A stretch of DNA of 58,109 nucleotides, from positions 1,736,001-1,794,109 of the forward strand of contig NW_026515670.1 in assembly GCF_025526975.1 (NCBI RefSeq), read 5' to 3'. The position numbers were made by a program, and so were the translations under genes. Source of the stretch: Fimicolochytrium jonesii. Lineage: Eukaryota. Below are positions 34,601-46,463 of this stretch, one piece after another (the first letter of the stretch is position 1; every line of letters begins with the position of its first letter). Below the pieces are notes generated by a model. The model had not been told where the DNA came from and made no database searches. It saw only the letters and a list, made by a program, of their open reading frames with translations.

Positions 34601-37600
34601 ATCGGACGTTGCTGGACCGCGTACGCGCCATCTTCGCGGACACTCACCTTCCCCGCAAGCTCTGGCCGTACATCCTGGAGGCTATCTCTTACCTGCACAA
34701 CCTCCACCCGCATTCAGTTGCATCCCCGGACGCCAAATCGCGCTCCGAATTCCTTACCGGTCGCCGCCCAAGCATCGCGCATCTGCGCAAGCTCGGATGT
34801 CTCACGTACACTGTCGTTCCACCCAAGGGCCGGGACAAGATGGCAAATCGTGCTACCAAGACGTACCTAGTGGGCTATGCTCACCAACAAGGCACCAAAG
34901 GTTACTATGTCTGGGATCCAGTTTGCGACACTGTCGCCATCTCACGTGACGTTCGTTTCGACGAATCTACTGGACTCCCTGAGCACCTTCGTCAAGATCC
35001 TGCTCTCCTAGATCTTCTAGAAGATGCTCCTACCTCGCAAGAGGAGTTCCCTATCGAACACATCCTTTCTGAACGTCAGCGCCGCGGCAAGAACGTCCAA
35101 AAGGAATACCTCGTCAAGTGGGTTGGTTTTACTACCCCTACCTGGCGACCACGCTCTGATCTCATTGAGACTGAAGCGTTGGATATTTGGGATTCTTGTC
35201 CAGACGCTTTCAACTCCCGAACCATTGAAGCCCTCTCAAACGCCTTCAACACGCGTACCTAAGACACACCTCAATCCGTCACTATGACCTGGCGACAAGC
35301 AATGGCCTCCCCTCAATCAGCTGACTTCAAGCTCGCAGCTGATAAAGAGTTCCAAGCTCTCTTCGATAACGGTACTTGGGAGCTCATACCCCGTCCGCGA
35401 AATCAGCGCGTACTCGGTAGTACTTGGGTACTTCGTCAAATCTTCAATCCGGATGGTACTTTCAAGAAATTGAAGGGCCGCGGTGTAGTTCAAGGTTTTT
35501 GTCAATCCAAGGGTACTGATCATAACGACACCTACGCTCCAACCCTACCCATGTCAGTTCTTCACCTTTTCCTCTCCATTGCCGTCTCTCTTGGTATGGA
35601 AATCCATCAACTCGACGTCCCCAATGCGTTCTTACGCAGCGATATCGACGGACCCGTCTATGTTGAACAATTTCGAGGCTACGAAGATCCGCACAAGCCG
35701 CGCGCAGACTGGGTATACCTCTTACGCAAGGCTCTATACGGTCTGAAGCAGTCTCCGCTTCTCTGGTACCGTACCCTGCGCGAAACCTTCAGTTCTCTCG
35801 GCTTTACCCCGTTAAAGAACTGCCCTTGTGTCTTCTATCACTACGCAACAATGACGCGCACCCTGGACGCCCTCCAGATGCTCCTTATCTATGTGGACGA
35901 TTTCATCGCCTGCTGCTTTCCCGTACACATCAAACAAGTGAAAGGTGAACTATGTTCTCATTTCAACTGTACGGATCTCGGTCCCATCAAGAACTGCCTG
36001 GGTCTCGTCTTCAATTACCAGCTCTCGCCGTCCGGGAACCAACTCAAAATCAGCAAGGTCACCTATATTGACGGTTTACTCGAACGATTTGGACAACAAA
36101 ACGCTACCCCGGTCTCTACGCCGTGCGCCGTCTCTGCGCGTACCCGACCAGCCTCCGCAAGCCCCCCTTTTCATAGCAAGCTTCTCTACCAGGAAGCAGT
36201 GGGAGCCCTCACGTGGGCATCCATCACCTGGCGCTGGGATATTTCTACTGCCGTCGGCTTCGTCGCACGTCAAGTCTCAGCTCCTACTCAAGCCGACTGG
36301 AATGATGTACTTCGCATCATGCGCTACCTTAAAGGTACCCGCACCTTCGAGCTTACCTACAAGTCCGGTCATTCCGATCCTACTGGACTTCGCGTCTATA
36401 CAGACGCATCCTACGCAGACGATGTCAACGACCGCAAATCTACCACGGGCATCGCCAGCTTCTTCAACGGCCAGCTTATCTACTGGAAAAGCACTAAGCA
36501 GAAGTGCGTAGCTCTCAGCTCCACGGAAGCTGAGTATATCGCCGCAGCCCTCGCTTACAACGAGGTCATCTGGCTCCGCTTGATCATCGCGGAGGTCTTC
36601 GGCGACGAATACGGCAACATCAAGGACCCCACGCCACTCCACATTGACAATCAGAGCGCACGCGAGATTGCCAACTCCACGGCTATTACTCAACGCTCCA
36701 AACACATCGACGTACGCTACCACAAGCTACGCGATGGCGTGGCGAAGAAAGACGTCGTATTCCTCGACACCGCGGCGCAGGAACAACTGGCTGATTACTT
36801 TACAAAGCCCTTCCCTCCCGAGACACATACGAAATTTATTCAAGCAATTCAAGAAGGACGTGTCGCTAGCAATAGACAGCCGGCGACGACGACGTCCAAA
36901 TGAGACATACGGAACACCCATACCGGGACGGCTTCTGGGCACTACATACGAATTCGGCAACTTAACCCGCCACCGTGATAGTCGCCGCTGCCCCGGCACC
37001 GGGGGCTCCGCCGGCTCCGGCTCCGCCTCCACCAGGCGGACCCCTTGGACCACCTCCCCCGCGGTTTCCGTCACCGTCTCCATCCTCACTCGAAGACGAA
37101 TCATCCATCTGCTTTTGCAAGTACTGGAGTCGCGTCATCATCTTGTCTCGCTCCCGTCTCTCGATCGCATCACTGCGGCGCTTCGCCTCTTTCATCTTTT
37201 CTTTCGATATGCCGTCTTTTGCCTTATATCGCGACTCCGAGACTGCCTTACGTCCAATAATGAAATCTGACCTATTTCAAAATTATCAGTTGGTGAGATT
37301 CCAACAAGTAGAACTAGTAGACAGTAGTCTGCCTCCTCCATCAATGCCTCAAACGACCCCTTCTTTCGCTTCGATCGATCCAGTTTCGCCTTCGTAAACG
37401 CCAGGTGCTTCGCAAGGTTCTCATGGTTATCCTTGCGGTACCTCAACGTCGACACCTCCGTCGCCAATCGAAGAGCTTCTCTAACCCAGGCTTTCGACAT
37501 CGAAGAGTCGCTTGCAGACGCTGCGGACGATGCGCGCGTAGAGCGCGTTGTCGGTCGTGAGGGTCCTGGTGGAGGTGCAGCTGGGGGGGCTGCTGGTCTC

Positions 37601-38188
37601 ACCGTCTTACGGGCCGATTGCTTCTTCTTGCCGTCGACGCTCTTCTTGCCCTCCCGCTGTTCTTGCCTCCGTTTGCCATTGTTTCGCGTATCGTGTGGTA
37701 GTCTGGGATACGGTAGTTGAGTATGGGAACGTTGGTCTTACCTCTCTGGGGCGACTGACAGCTGTCTCTTGTTTTATACTCGTGGCGTTTCTCTCTTCTT
37801 TCATTTTACTCTTTCATTTCTTTCATTTTTAGTCATAGCGATTCATCCCCCTGACCGCCCGCTTTTCGCGTACGGCCGCACCATTGTATTCATTGTTTGT
37901 TTTATCTTTCACTTAGATAGACTCGAGAGTTTGAGTGGGGGTGTTGGAGGTATCATCCTCCCGAGTCCCCGGTTAGGGTTCCCGTAGTTTATTTCCTCAG
38001 GTGACTCCCCTCCGGCTTACGCCACGCTTCCGCGTATGGGACTTCACTCTTTTCTTCCCTTTCGGACCTCGCCTCCTCTTTACACTTTAGACTTTTCTAC
38101 AGAAGACAATACATACTTCACAGTACAGCATTGCACACTACATAGAGTTCGGTCAGTCATCTGCTTCCTCTGCCGAATACTGCTAAGT
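31610..38188 (+). mobile_element. Full-length Ty1/copia LTR retrotransposon carrying a chromodomain
   Basis: 247-bp LTRs at 31610-31856 and 37942-38188, target duplication GTTGT (31605-31609 and 38189-38193), PBS GGTTATGAGCCC, purine-rich tract before 37942, and domain order gag-PR-IN-RT-RH. Confidence 0.97.
31946..36903 (+). pseudogene. Copia gag-pol polyprotein; frameshift near 34088 and TAA at 35260-35262
   Basis: CKYCQRDGHKSENC, VDSGCTDHM, LHQRLGH, IHSNL (D to N), HTDRGGEY, NGKAERLNRTL, chromodomain, HQLDVPNAFL, LYGLKQS, YVDD, YTDASYA, SSTEAEY and KHIDVRYH. Confidence 0.95.
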
Positions 38189-38214
38189 GTTGTCCTATCA
38201 TAGGTAAACCTCGG

Positions 38215-41200
38215 TGTTATGATCTCGACGACGGGGCGAAAGCGAAGTAGAGAAAATAGGGCGAGTGTGATAGGCGACAAGAGATTGTATTGGCGAAACA
38301 AGAAACAAGGACTAGAACAGGAGATGAGAAGAACTGGTGTTGATCTGCTGGGGAGGAAGGGGATGGATGAAGAGAGGCCGGCTATTTATAGATAGGCAAC
38401 CCAGCAGATCAGAGAACAACAACAACAAGAGGGGACTGGGGGGGCGCCAGCTATGCTCCTAGAGCGTGCGTGGCGAGCGTAGAGAGCATTGCTACAGCTG
38501 CTGGCTATGGGAAGTAGTGGGGGGTGTGGAGAAGCCAAGGGGGGATTGGCTAAATGAGAGGAGAGAGGAGGAGTGGCGATATTGCAAGAGGATTGGCAAA
38601 ATGAGAGGAGAGAGGGGGAGTGGCATTGACATTGACATTGACACTGACATTGACACTGACATTGACATTGACATTGGCGTTTGACATTTGGCGGTTGACA
38701 TTGGCGGCTGTCAGTAGGTAAGCTTATGGTATGGGCGCGTCGTCCATAACATCACCCCTCTCTTTAGCGGCGGCGGCGGCGGCGTCGAGTTTGGTGTGGC
38801 CGCAGAGGAGGTGCCACGGGGACAGAGGAAGGCTTGTTGGGGTACGCGCTGTGGAAGTCCTGGAGGAGTGCGTCGGTATGGGTGAGGTGTTCCACGGGCT
38901 CCCAGGTGTTCTCGGAGTCAGGCCAGCCCTGCCATTTGACCAAGTACTGAAGGCGACGACAATGAATGCGAGAGTCAAGGATGGCTTCGACAACCCACTC
39001 TTCTTGACCCTCAACGGTCTCTGGGGGCGCGGGTTCGGGTTCGTGTCGTTCGGGGATGGTGAAGCGGGGTTCGAGGAGCGAGACATGGAAGACATCGTGG
39101 ATTTTGTACGTAGGCGGGAGCTTGAGCCGGTAGGCGACAGGATTGATTTTTTCAACGATGGGGAATGGCCCAATCTTGCGATGGTCGAGTTTCTGAGAGG
39201 GCCGGGTTGTCTGGAGGTTTTTGCGGAGGAGCCAGACGTGGTCGCCAGGCTTGAAGTCCGGTCCAGGAATTCGTCTAGCGTCGGCGTAGCGCTTCATTTG
39301 TTCTTGGGCTTCCTTGAGCTCGAGGGCGAGCTGTTCATGGACTTCCCTGATTTGTTTAGTGCGGGCTTCAGCGGCGGGGTTGACGGATTCGGAGGTAGCA
39401 GAGGCCGCGAAACTGAAGCGGGGGTGGAGACCCTTGTTGGCGTAGAAGGGGGTGGTCTGGGAGGCGGACTGGTGGGTGTTGTTGTAGGCGAACTCGGCGG
39501 ACGACAGAAGCTGTTTCCAGTTGTCCTGTTGGTGGTTGCAAAAGCATCGGAGGTACTGCTCCAGGATCTGGTTGGTGCGTTCCGTCTGGCCATCGCTCTG
39601 GGGGTGGAAGGCCGAGGAGAGGTTGGCTTTTGCCCCAAGGAGTTCGAGAAGTCGGCGCCAGAACCGGGACTTAAACTGGGGTCCTCAGTCAGAGATGACG
39701 TCGTCGGGGAGGCCGTGGAGACGGATGATGTTGTGGAAGACTAGGTCGGCGGTGGAATCGGCGGATTCTGACTCGCTGCAGGCGATGAAGTGGGCCATCT
39801 TGGTGAGGCGACAGTTGACGTTCAGGATGGAGTCGTACCCGTCCACGGGAGGCAGACCGGTGATAAAGTCCAGCGACCAAGATCCCCAAGGGCGGGTAGG
39901 GATACTGTTGGGCTGGAGTAGGCCATATGGTTTGTGTCGACTGGATTTCGCTTGGCTACAGGTATCGCAGGACTTGACGTAGGCCTTGACGAAGCGCCAA
40001 TGGCTGGGCCACCAGTAGTTGCGGGAGGCGAGTTCAAGCGTCTTGGACATCCCAAAGTGGCCGGCTAGGGGTGTATCGTGCATGTCGTGGCAGACTTCAG
40101 CTCGGAGCTCGTTGGTGGGGACATAGACCAGGTTATCGTGCAGCAGGATCCCATCTTCATCTGAGAACCGCTTGATACGATCTTGGGTTTCCTCGGTTCG
40201 TTGGGCGAGGGGTATCTTGAGCTTTTCGCGAATGGTCTTAGCGAGGGGATCAGAGGCCTGGGCGGCCTTAATCTTGTCAAGCAGCGTGGTATCCATGGGT
40301 GTGAGGTAGGCCGCGGCGAGGCGAAGGCGTTCGGGAGTCAAAATTGTGGTTGCCTGGGAGCGGAACGCTTCTTCCCCCTTTTTTAGCTCATGTTCGGAGC
40401 GTCGGGAGAGGGCATCGGCTTGGTGCTGCTGGGAACCGGGGCGATGGGTAATGACAAAGTCGAAATCCGAGAAGAATATCGACCAGCGGGCTTGGCGGCG
40501 GTTCAGGGTGCGGGTGGTCATGAAGTACTGAAGGTTTTTATGGTCGGAGTAAACGGTGATCTTGTGACAGGCGCCAATGAGATGGTGTCGCCACTGGGCA
40601 AAGGAGTCTTGGATGGCCAGAAGTTCCTTGTCGTAAATCTCGTAGTTGATCTCTTCGGCCGTGAATTTGCAAGAGTGGAAGGCCACGGGGTGGAGCTGAT
40701 TGTCCTGGTCAGGTTGGAGGAGAACTGCGCCAAGAGCGAAGTCGGAGGCGTCAGTTTCGACGACGAAGGGCTTCTCTGGGTCAGGGTGAGCAAGGATGGG
40801 GGCGGTGGTGAATGCTTTCTTCAGGTTCTCGAAGGCGGTGTTTGCGGCGGGTGTCCAGGCTTACGAGATGTCTTTCCGGGTCAGGGCTGTGAGCGGGGTA
40901 GCGATCTTGGAATAACCTTGGATGAATCGGCGATAGAAGTTGGCAAAGCCGAGGAACCGCTGGACGCCTTTGACAGTCTTGGAAGGTTCCCAATCCGTGA
41001 TGGCAGCGATCTTCTTGGGGTCCATCTGGATGCCTTTCTCGGAGATGATGAAGCCTAGGAACTCAACAGATTCGCGGTTGAATTCGCACTTCTCTGGTTT
41101 GGCGTACAACCCATGCTGTCGGAGGCGGGACAAGACTTCGCGGACATGTTTGGGGTGATCTTCGGGGTTCTTGGAGAATATCAGGATATTGTCGAGGTAG

Positions 41201-42680
41201 ACGACAACAAACACATCGAGAATGTCGCAGAAGATGTCGTTCATCAGGTACTGGAAGACGCCAGGAGCATTGCTGAGTCCAAAGGGCATGACATTGTATT
41301 CGAATAGGCCGTAGCGGCAGCGGAAGGCGGTCTTCCATTCATCGCCCGGGCGCATGCGTAAGAGGTTATAAGCGCCGCAGAGGTCGATCTTGGTGAGACG
41401 GCGGGCGCCGCGCAAACGATCCATGATACCGTTGATCAGGGGCAGGGGGTAGCGATTCTTCACCGTGATGCTGTTCAGGCCTCGATAATCCACGCAGAGG
41501 CGGAGAGAACTGTCCTTTTTCTTCACGAATAAGACTGGCGCACCGGCAGGGGACTTTGAGGGTTTGATGAATCCTTTGGCGAGGGTTTCTTCGAGGTATT
41601 CGCAGAGTGCCTTCATTTCTGGTTCGCTGAGGCTGTAGATCGGGCCGAAAGGTGGCTGCTTGCCTTCTTCCAGATCGATTGGACAGTCGTAGGGCCGGTG
41701 CTCGGGGAGAGTGTCAGCATTTCTCTTTTCGAAAACGTCGGCGAAGTCTTGATACTCAGGGGGCAGGAAGTCTTTGATGTCTTTCTCGAGTGTCGGGGGG
41801 TTACTGGGGCTAGGCGAGGCCGGGAGATCGGGTTTCGCAGGGTTGGCGTAGGCGACAAAGACCTGGTCATGCCTTGCTGCGACCCGGAAGGCTGGAGCGG
41901 AGATGAACAAGACTCGGAGCGGCGTGGGAGCCGGTTCCGGGGTGCTGGAGCGAGATACCTTGGGTACTGGAATCGACCATGTTTCGTCGACGGGGACTTC
42001 ATCCTGGGGGATGCGGATCAAGGGCTTGGGGGTCCTGGCAGGTGCTGGGCTCGGGGGTGCTGGGGAGTTGTCCCAATTCGCGAATTCATGGTACTGGCAG
42101 TCGCAACGGAAACCGACCGAAAGGTTCTTGAAGTCAAGGTTAAAGTCGTGGAGGCGGAGCCAGGGGAGACCAAGGAGGATTGGAGCATGGGGTGATTTGG
42201 TGACATGGAAGACGAGTTCTTCGAAGTGGTCGTCGACCCACATGCCTACTGGTTGGCTGTGATGGGTGATTGGCCCAGCAGAGCTGGGTTGACCGTCAAC
42301 GAGTTTGATCGTCAGTGGACGTTGATGCGGGACTAGGGCGATGCGGTGTTTGCAGGCAAAGTTCCTGTCGATGAAGCAGGACAGGGCACCGTTGTCGATC
42401 ATGGCTGAGGTAGGTATCGGGGCGCGGCTGGATGATACCATGATGGTAACGGGGTAGTTGAAGGGTTTGACGGGACCCAGCGCAAGCATGGCGCGGGGGT
42501 TGATTTCGGAGTTTTCGAAATGGGCAGCGGCTAGGAGGGTTGTGTCGGCTATAACGGAGTCGGGAACTAGGGGGGCGGCCTCTCCCGTTGCAGGAGCCGC
42601 GAGGTTAGGAGGCCCGGGGCGGTGTGTGTTGTCCAGTCGCTGGGGCTTTACTGCGGCTGGACTTTGGGAAAACCCTGAGC
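38215..42680 (-). mobile_element. 5'-truncated Ty3/gypsy chromovirus G2, a relative of G1
   Basis: 3' LTR 38215-38751 begins TGTTATGGACGACGCG on the minus strand, as in G1, after a polypurine tract. Pol at 38764-42677 has stops, a frameshift, YLDN and a chromodomain. It breaks off at the gag-pol slippery site G GGT TTT near 42670. Confidence 0.95.
38623..38676. repeat. (GACATT/GACACT)n hexamer microsatellite inside the G2 LTR
   Basis: Visible tandem hexamers. Confidence 0.9.
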
Positions 42681-43074
42681 AAATACACACAAACAACTAG
42701 GTTTCAAATCAGGTTTGTGCCGTATGCAACAACCAAAATTCGGTCATAGATTTTCCCTCTTTTGAGCAAAAAATCCCCAAAATCCACCGTGTCCGATGTC
42801 GGCGGGTTTTGGCTACGTTGATCCTAGACAGGATCTGAAGCTATCAGTTTAAAGAGGCCTTTGAGAGGATCAAGAAGAACCCTAACGGCTTAGCTCTGTC
42901 CCAAAACTGAAAGACTTTTTCTATCCGCCCGTTTTCGCTTAAGTAACAAATTAACGACAAAGGCGATGACGGATAACTCGTTTTGCAGTGATTAAAAAAT
43001 CCCAAAACGTTCAGGTAAATTCAAGGTAATTCTCTAGATCGGGAAGAACCTTATCGGGGGTCGTTTCAGCTTAA

Positions 43075-43784
43075 GCGCGAACAACTAGCGTGGGCACAGG
43101 AGCATGAGGATTGGACGGTGGAGGACTGGCGCCGCATCATTTGGAGTGATGAGACCAGTGTGATGCTCGAGGCGGCGCATCCTGCCAGGGTGATCCGCCG
43201 ACGTGGTCGCCGCTACATCCCAAACAACATGCACCCACGGATACGAAGAAGCAAAGCAATCATGTTTTGGGGATGTTTTGTGGGCACCATCAAAGGTCCT
43301 TTCTCGCGCATTGAGCCTCTGCCTGGATGTAGAGGCATCAACTCGGAAGCATACCAGGAATATCTCTCCAAGAATCTCATCCCCTTTTACTCTGATATTC
43401 AGGGCGAGCAGCGTGATTTTGTTTTCATGCAGGTGTGAACCTCGTTTCTCTCCTTTTTGGATCGGCGGTGACGCTAAGAGTGTTTCTTCCCAGGATAACG
43501 CTCCACCCCATCGCAAAACTCGCAGGGAAGGATATTTTGATCTCCATGGCATTGAGGTACTGGCAAACTGGCCTGCAATCAGCCCGGTGAACCCGATAGA
43601 AAACCTGTGGTCCATTCTCAAGAAACGCATTTATAGACAACGTCCCGCAACTTTAGAGCAGCTAGAGGCCATTGCACAGCAGGCATTTCAGGATATTGAG
43701 CCAGATGTGCTAGAAAACCTTGTGTCGAGCATGCCCCGGCGTATAGCGGCAGTCATAGCAGCTAGAGGAGGATTCACTAGATAC
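43075..43784 (+). pseudogene. Tc1/mariner DDE transposase fragment with an intron at 43433-43493
   Basis: WRRIIWSDET, MFWGCF, FMQ|DNAPPH joined across a GT...CTAAG...CAG intron, WPAISP-VNPIENLW, SMPRRIAAVIAARGGFTRY. N-terminus and TIRs not found. Confidence 0.9.
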
Positions 43785-43874
43785 CAGGCGCGTGTCCAGG
43801 GGCCGGTGAATCAAATTGACAGCGGCCTTGCTTTATGAACGGCACTGTACGCTGGGGTTGCCAACAATCCCCAT

Positions 43875-44435
43875 ATGCTCCAGGAGTTCATTCACAAGAT
43901 GGGCAACTACCTCAGAGTGTCCGACATGCCTCAGGCCCACATTACCCTCCTTGTTGAGAGCGGGCTTACTTGACTCGTGAACCATTGGTGGCTTACCTTG
44001 ACCGAGGAGGAGAACCCCCGAACGTGGCTCCAAACCAGAATTGCCCTCGAGCAGCCCGCCTTCGAAGACACTCTCCAAGAACGGCTCGACGATGTGAAGC
44101 AGACAGGGACCGTCATTGCCTATAACAACGCCTTCAACAAAACTGCAGCCCAGTTGCCCTCCTGGGACCCTTTCCAAATAAAGAGGTATCGTTACTTGAA
44201 AGGCTTGAAGCGCAACATCTCCTGGAACACATCATTGATATTAAAGGGGATCAGAAACGCCAACAGTCGAAGCCCATGATGCCGAATCCCAGGACTTAAA
44301 CGAGGAACGCTCCCGTGGTGGTCAAGGACGCGGACGTTGGGGAAAAGGTCCGTCTCGTGTGGAACGAGAGGAGCGTGTGAAGAATGCGATCTGCAGACTT
44401 TGTGGGGCAAAGGGATACTACGTTTCCGCCTGCAC
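43875..44435 (+). pseudogene. Degenerate retrotransposon gag relic
   Basis: NHWW, LDDVKQTGTVIAYNNAF, YLKGLK and a decayed knuckle CRLCGAKGYYVSAC. Confidence 0.7.
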
Positions 44436-44723
44436 TCTGTTGGAAAAGGCGAAAGTAGCCATCGGCAAGGATGCAGCTGTGGCTGAAGCAAACCTGGGAC
44501 TCCGATGACGGTGGGACTCCGATGACGGTGACCCTTCCTTCCCCGACCATTTGCGAAGATCCCGCGAGGGCTGCGAAGAGAGAGAGAGAGGCAGAGAGAG
44601 AGCAGGAGGAGCAAGTTGGCGGTCAAACAGAGCACATGTATTCCCTTTTCTTTAATGGTTCTATTAACATTGCTACCGTCTCAGACAAGATTTCTACTTT
44701 GCTCTATTTACAGGATCCGAATA

Positions 44724-45081
44724 TCACTTGCACCAATCGTTAGTCCAGGCGTTTGAGTCAACACATCCGTTGTTGCAGTGCATCACAAAGCGGATGTTGC
44801 CATCATCGTCCGTGCAGTCAAACAGGTCGTTGTTGTCCGTGTGGCCTGTCGCAGCCATCACCGGGTCGTAGTTTCTTCCGGTGGCTAAAATATCGTGTGT
44901 TTTGTTCAGAGAAAACTCATAGGAAGCTAAGCCTCCTGGCCCCCCTCCTCTTTCGTAACATACCAATGCTCCTCAACGTCTTGCCGCAGTATACGGTACC
45001 CTTCTTGCAGTTCCTCGCCTCAACTTGGCCAGTGGCGGCGACGAGGGCGACGACGGCAACGATGGCGGAGGTGAGCTTCAT
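44724..45081 (-). CDS. Small secreted cysteine-rich protein A (92 aa; exons 45081-44964 and 44884-44724)
   Basis: Signal peptide MKLTSAIVAVVALVAATGQVEA, six Cys in the mature part, GTATG...TAG intron, and TATAAAA about 85 bp upstream. Confidence 0.9.
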
Positions 45082-46050
45082 GGCTGTAGATATATGATGG
45101 TTTATGTGGGGTTGGGATGGCGTTTGAGAAATGGAACGGAGGTAAGGCCAGCCTTCTCCCTGTTTTATAGCAGAAAGCGCGCCATCGGCCCTGGTCCCGT
45201 AGATGAGACTGCCGCCGCCATTGTCTAACGCCCGTTGAGCCGCTTTTTTCTCCCTGGGTGTACTCGGATAGATGTAGTAAAGCCACGCGGGTCCTTGGCA
45301 GTCGGGGAATCCCACGAAAACGCGGTGCGCTTTCTCGAATCTTGGGCTGGGTGGGGGACCTCTGGCAGTTCACAGCCATCTTCCCTGCCAACAGGTATCA
45401 TGTCTTCCGGTGGGAGTATCGCTGAAAAAGCCCATGAAGTACATCCAATACGTAGACGGAATACCATAGCGTCCGCAGTTAATCCCTCACTCCCGCGGGG
45501 GTGGGAATCGATCCGGTCCTCAGACTTATTGCAATAAAGTGCCCGCAGACGCCGAAGGACGCCCGTTGGGTTGGGGACGCCCGCTGAAGGACGCACGCTG
45601 AAAATGGGGACGTATGTCATATGATATCCGGGCGTGCTCATTTAGCAGGGCCGCTTCAGAAAGCTGGGAATGAATTTTGGATATGCGCTACATGATACGA
45701 TACACGCCCGCCTCATCACGTACTCCCCGCGGAAAGAGCTCCCCGCGGAACGAGCTCCAAACTTGAGCGCCCATCACTTCAGCCCGCATTGGATTTGAAC
45801 TGCCCCATTGCCGCCGTCAAGGGTTCGCTCCAGACCCCACTGCCCCAATCCCCGCTGCAAATGATGAAACTGATACCCTCCCTCTGATGATGGAACGAGA
45901 AGCGGACGTTGTCGTAGGCTCGCGGCGGCCGTTATGCTGGTATGAGACGTTCGGCTATTTAAAGAGGGGATGCCCGTCGGTCTTCCCCCGCCCCTCATCG
46001 AACTTACAACTCACACCAGCCCCTTCACACTTCCACCGCTTTCACCGACA

Positions 46051-46463
46051 ATGAAGCTCGCCTCTGCCATCCTCGCGGTCGTCTGCGTCGCCTTTGCCAG
46101 CCAAGCCGAGGCTAGGAACTGCATCGCGGGTATAACATATTGCGGATCCACCTTGCGCGCCATCGGTATGTTCGCTCGTTGGATGACCCCCAGACAGCGT
46201 GTGGCGTCCCCCTCTTGCCTCGAGAACGAAAAGAGGTGTTTCCTGATAAATGCATATTTGTCTTGTTTTGGATAGCCACCGGATCGAACTACGACCCCGT
46301 CATGGCTGCGACAGGCCACGTGCTCGGCAACGACAAGTTCTACTGCAACGACAGGAACGGCGGCATCGTCTGGCTCAAAACGTGCCGGGAGAACTGCGTG
46401 GACAGAGGTGCTGCCAAAAGCGACTACTGCCAAAATGAAGACCCTAGACCGCAGGATGGATGA
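46051..46463 (+). CDS. Small secreted cysteine-rich protein B, paralog of A (exons 46051-46165 and 46276-46463)
   Basis: MKLASAILAVVCVAFASQAEA-RNCIAGITYCGSTLRAI|ATGSNYDPVMAATGH...; same intron position and Cys spacing as A; TATTTAAA upstream. Confidence 0.9.
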
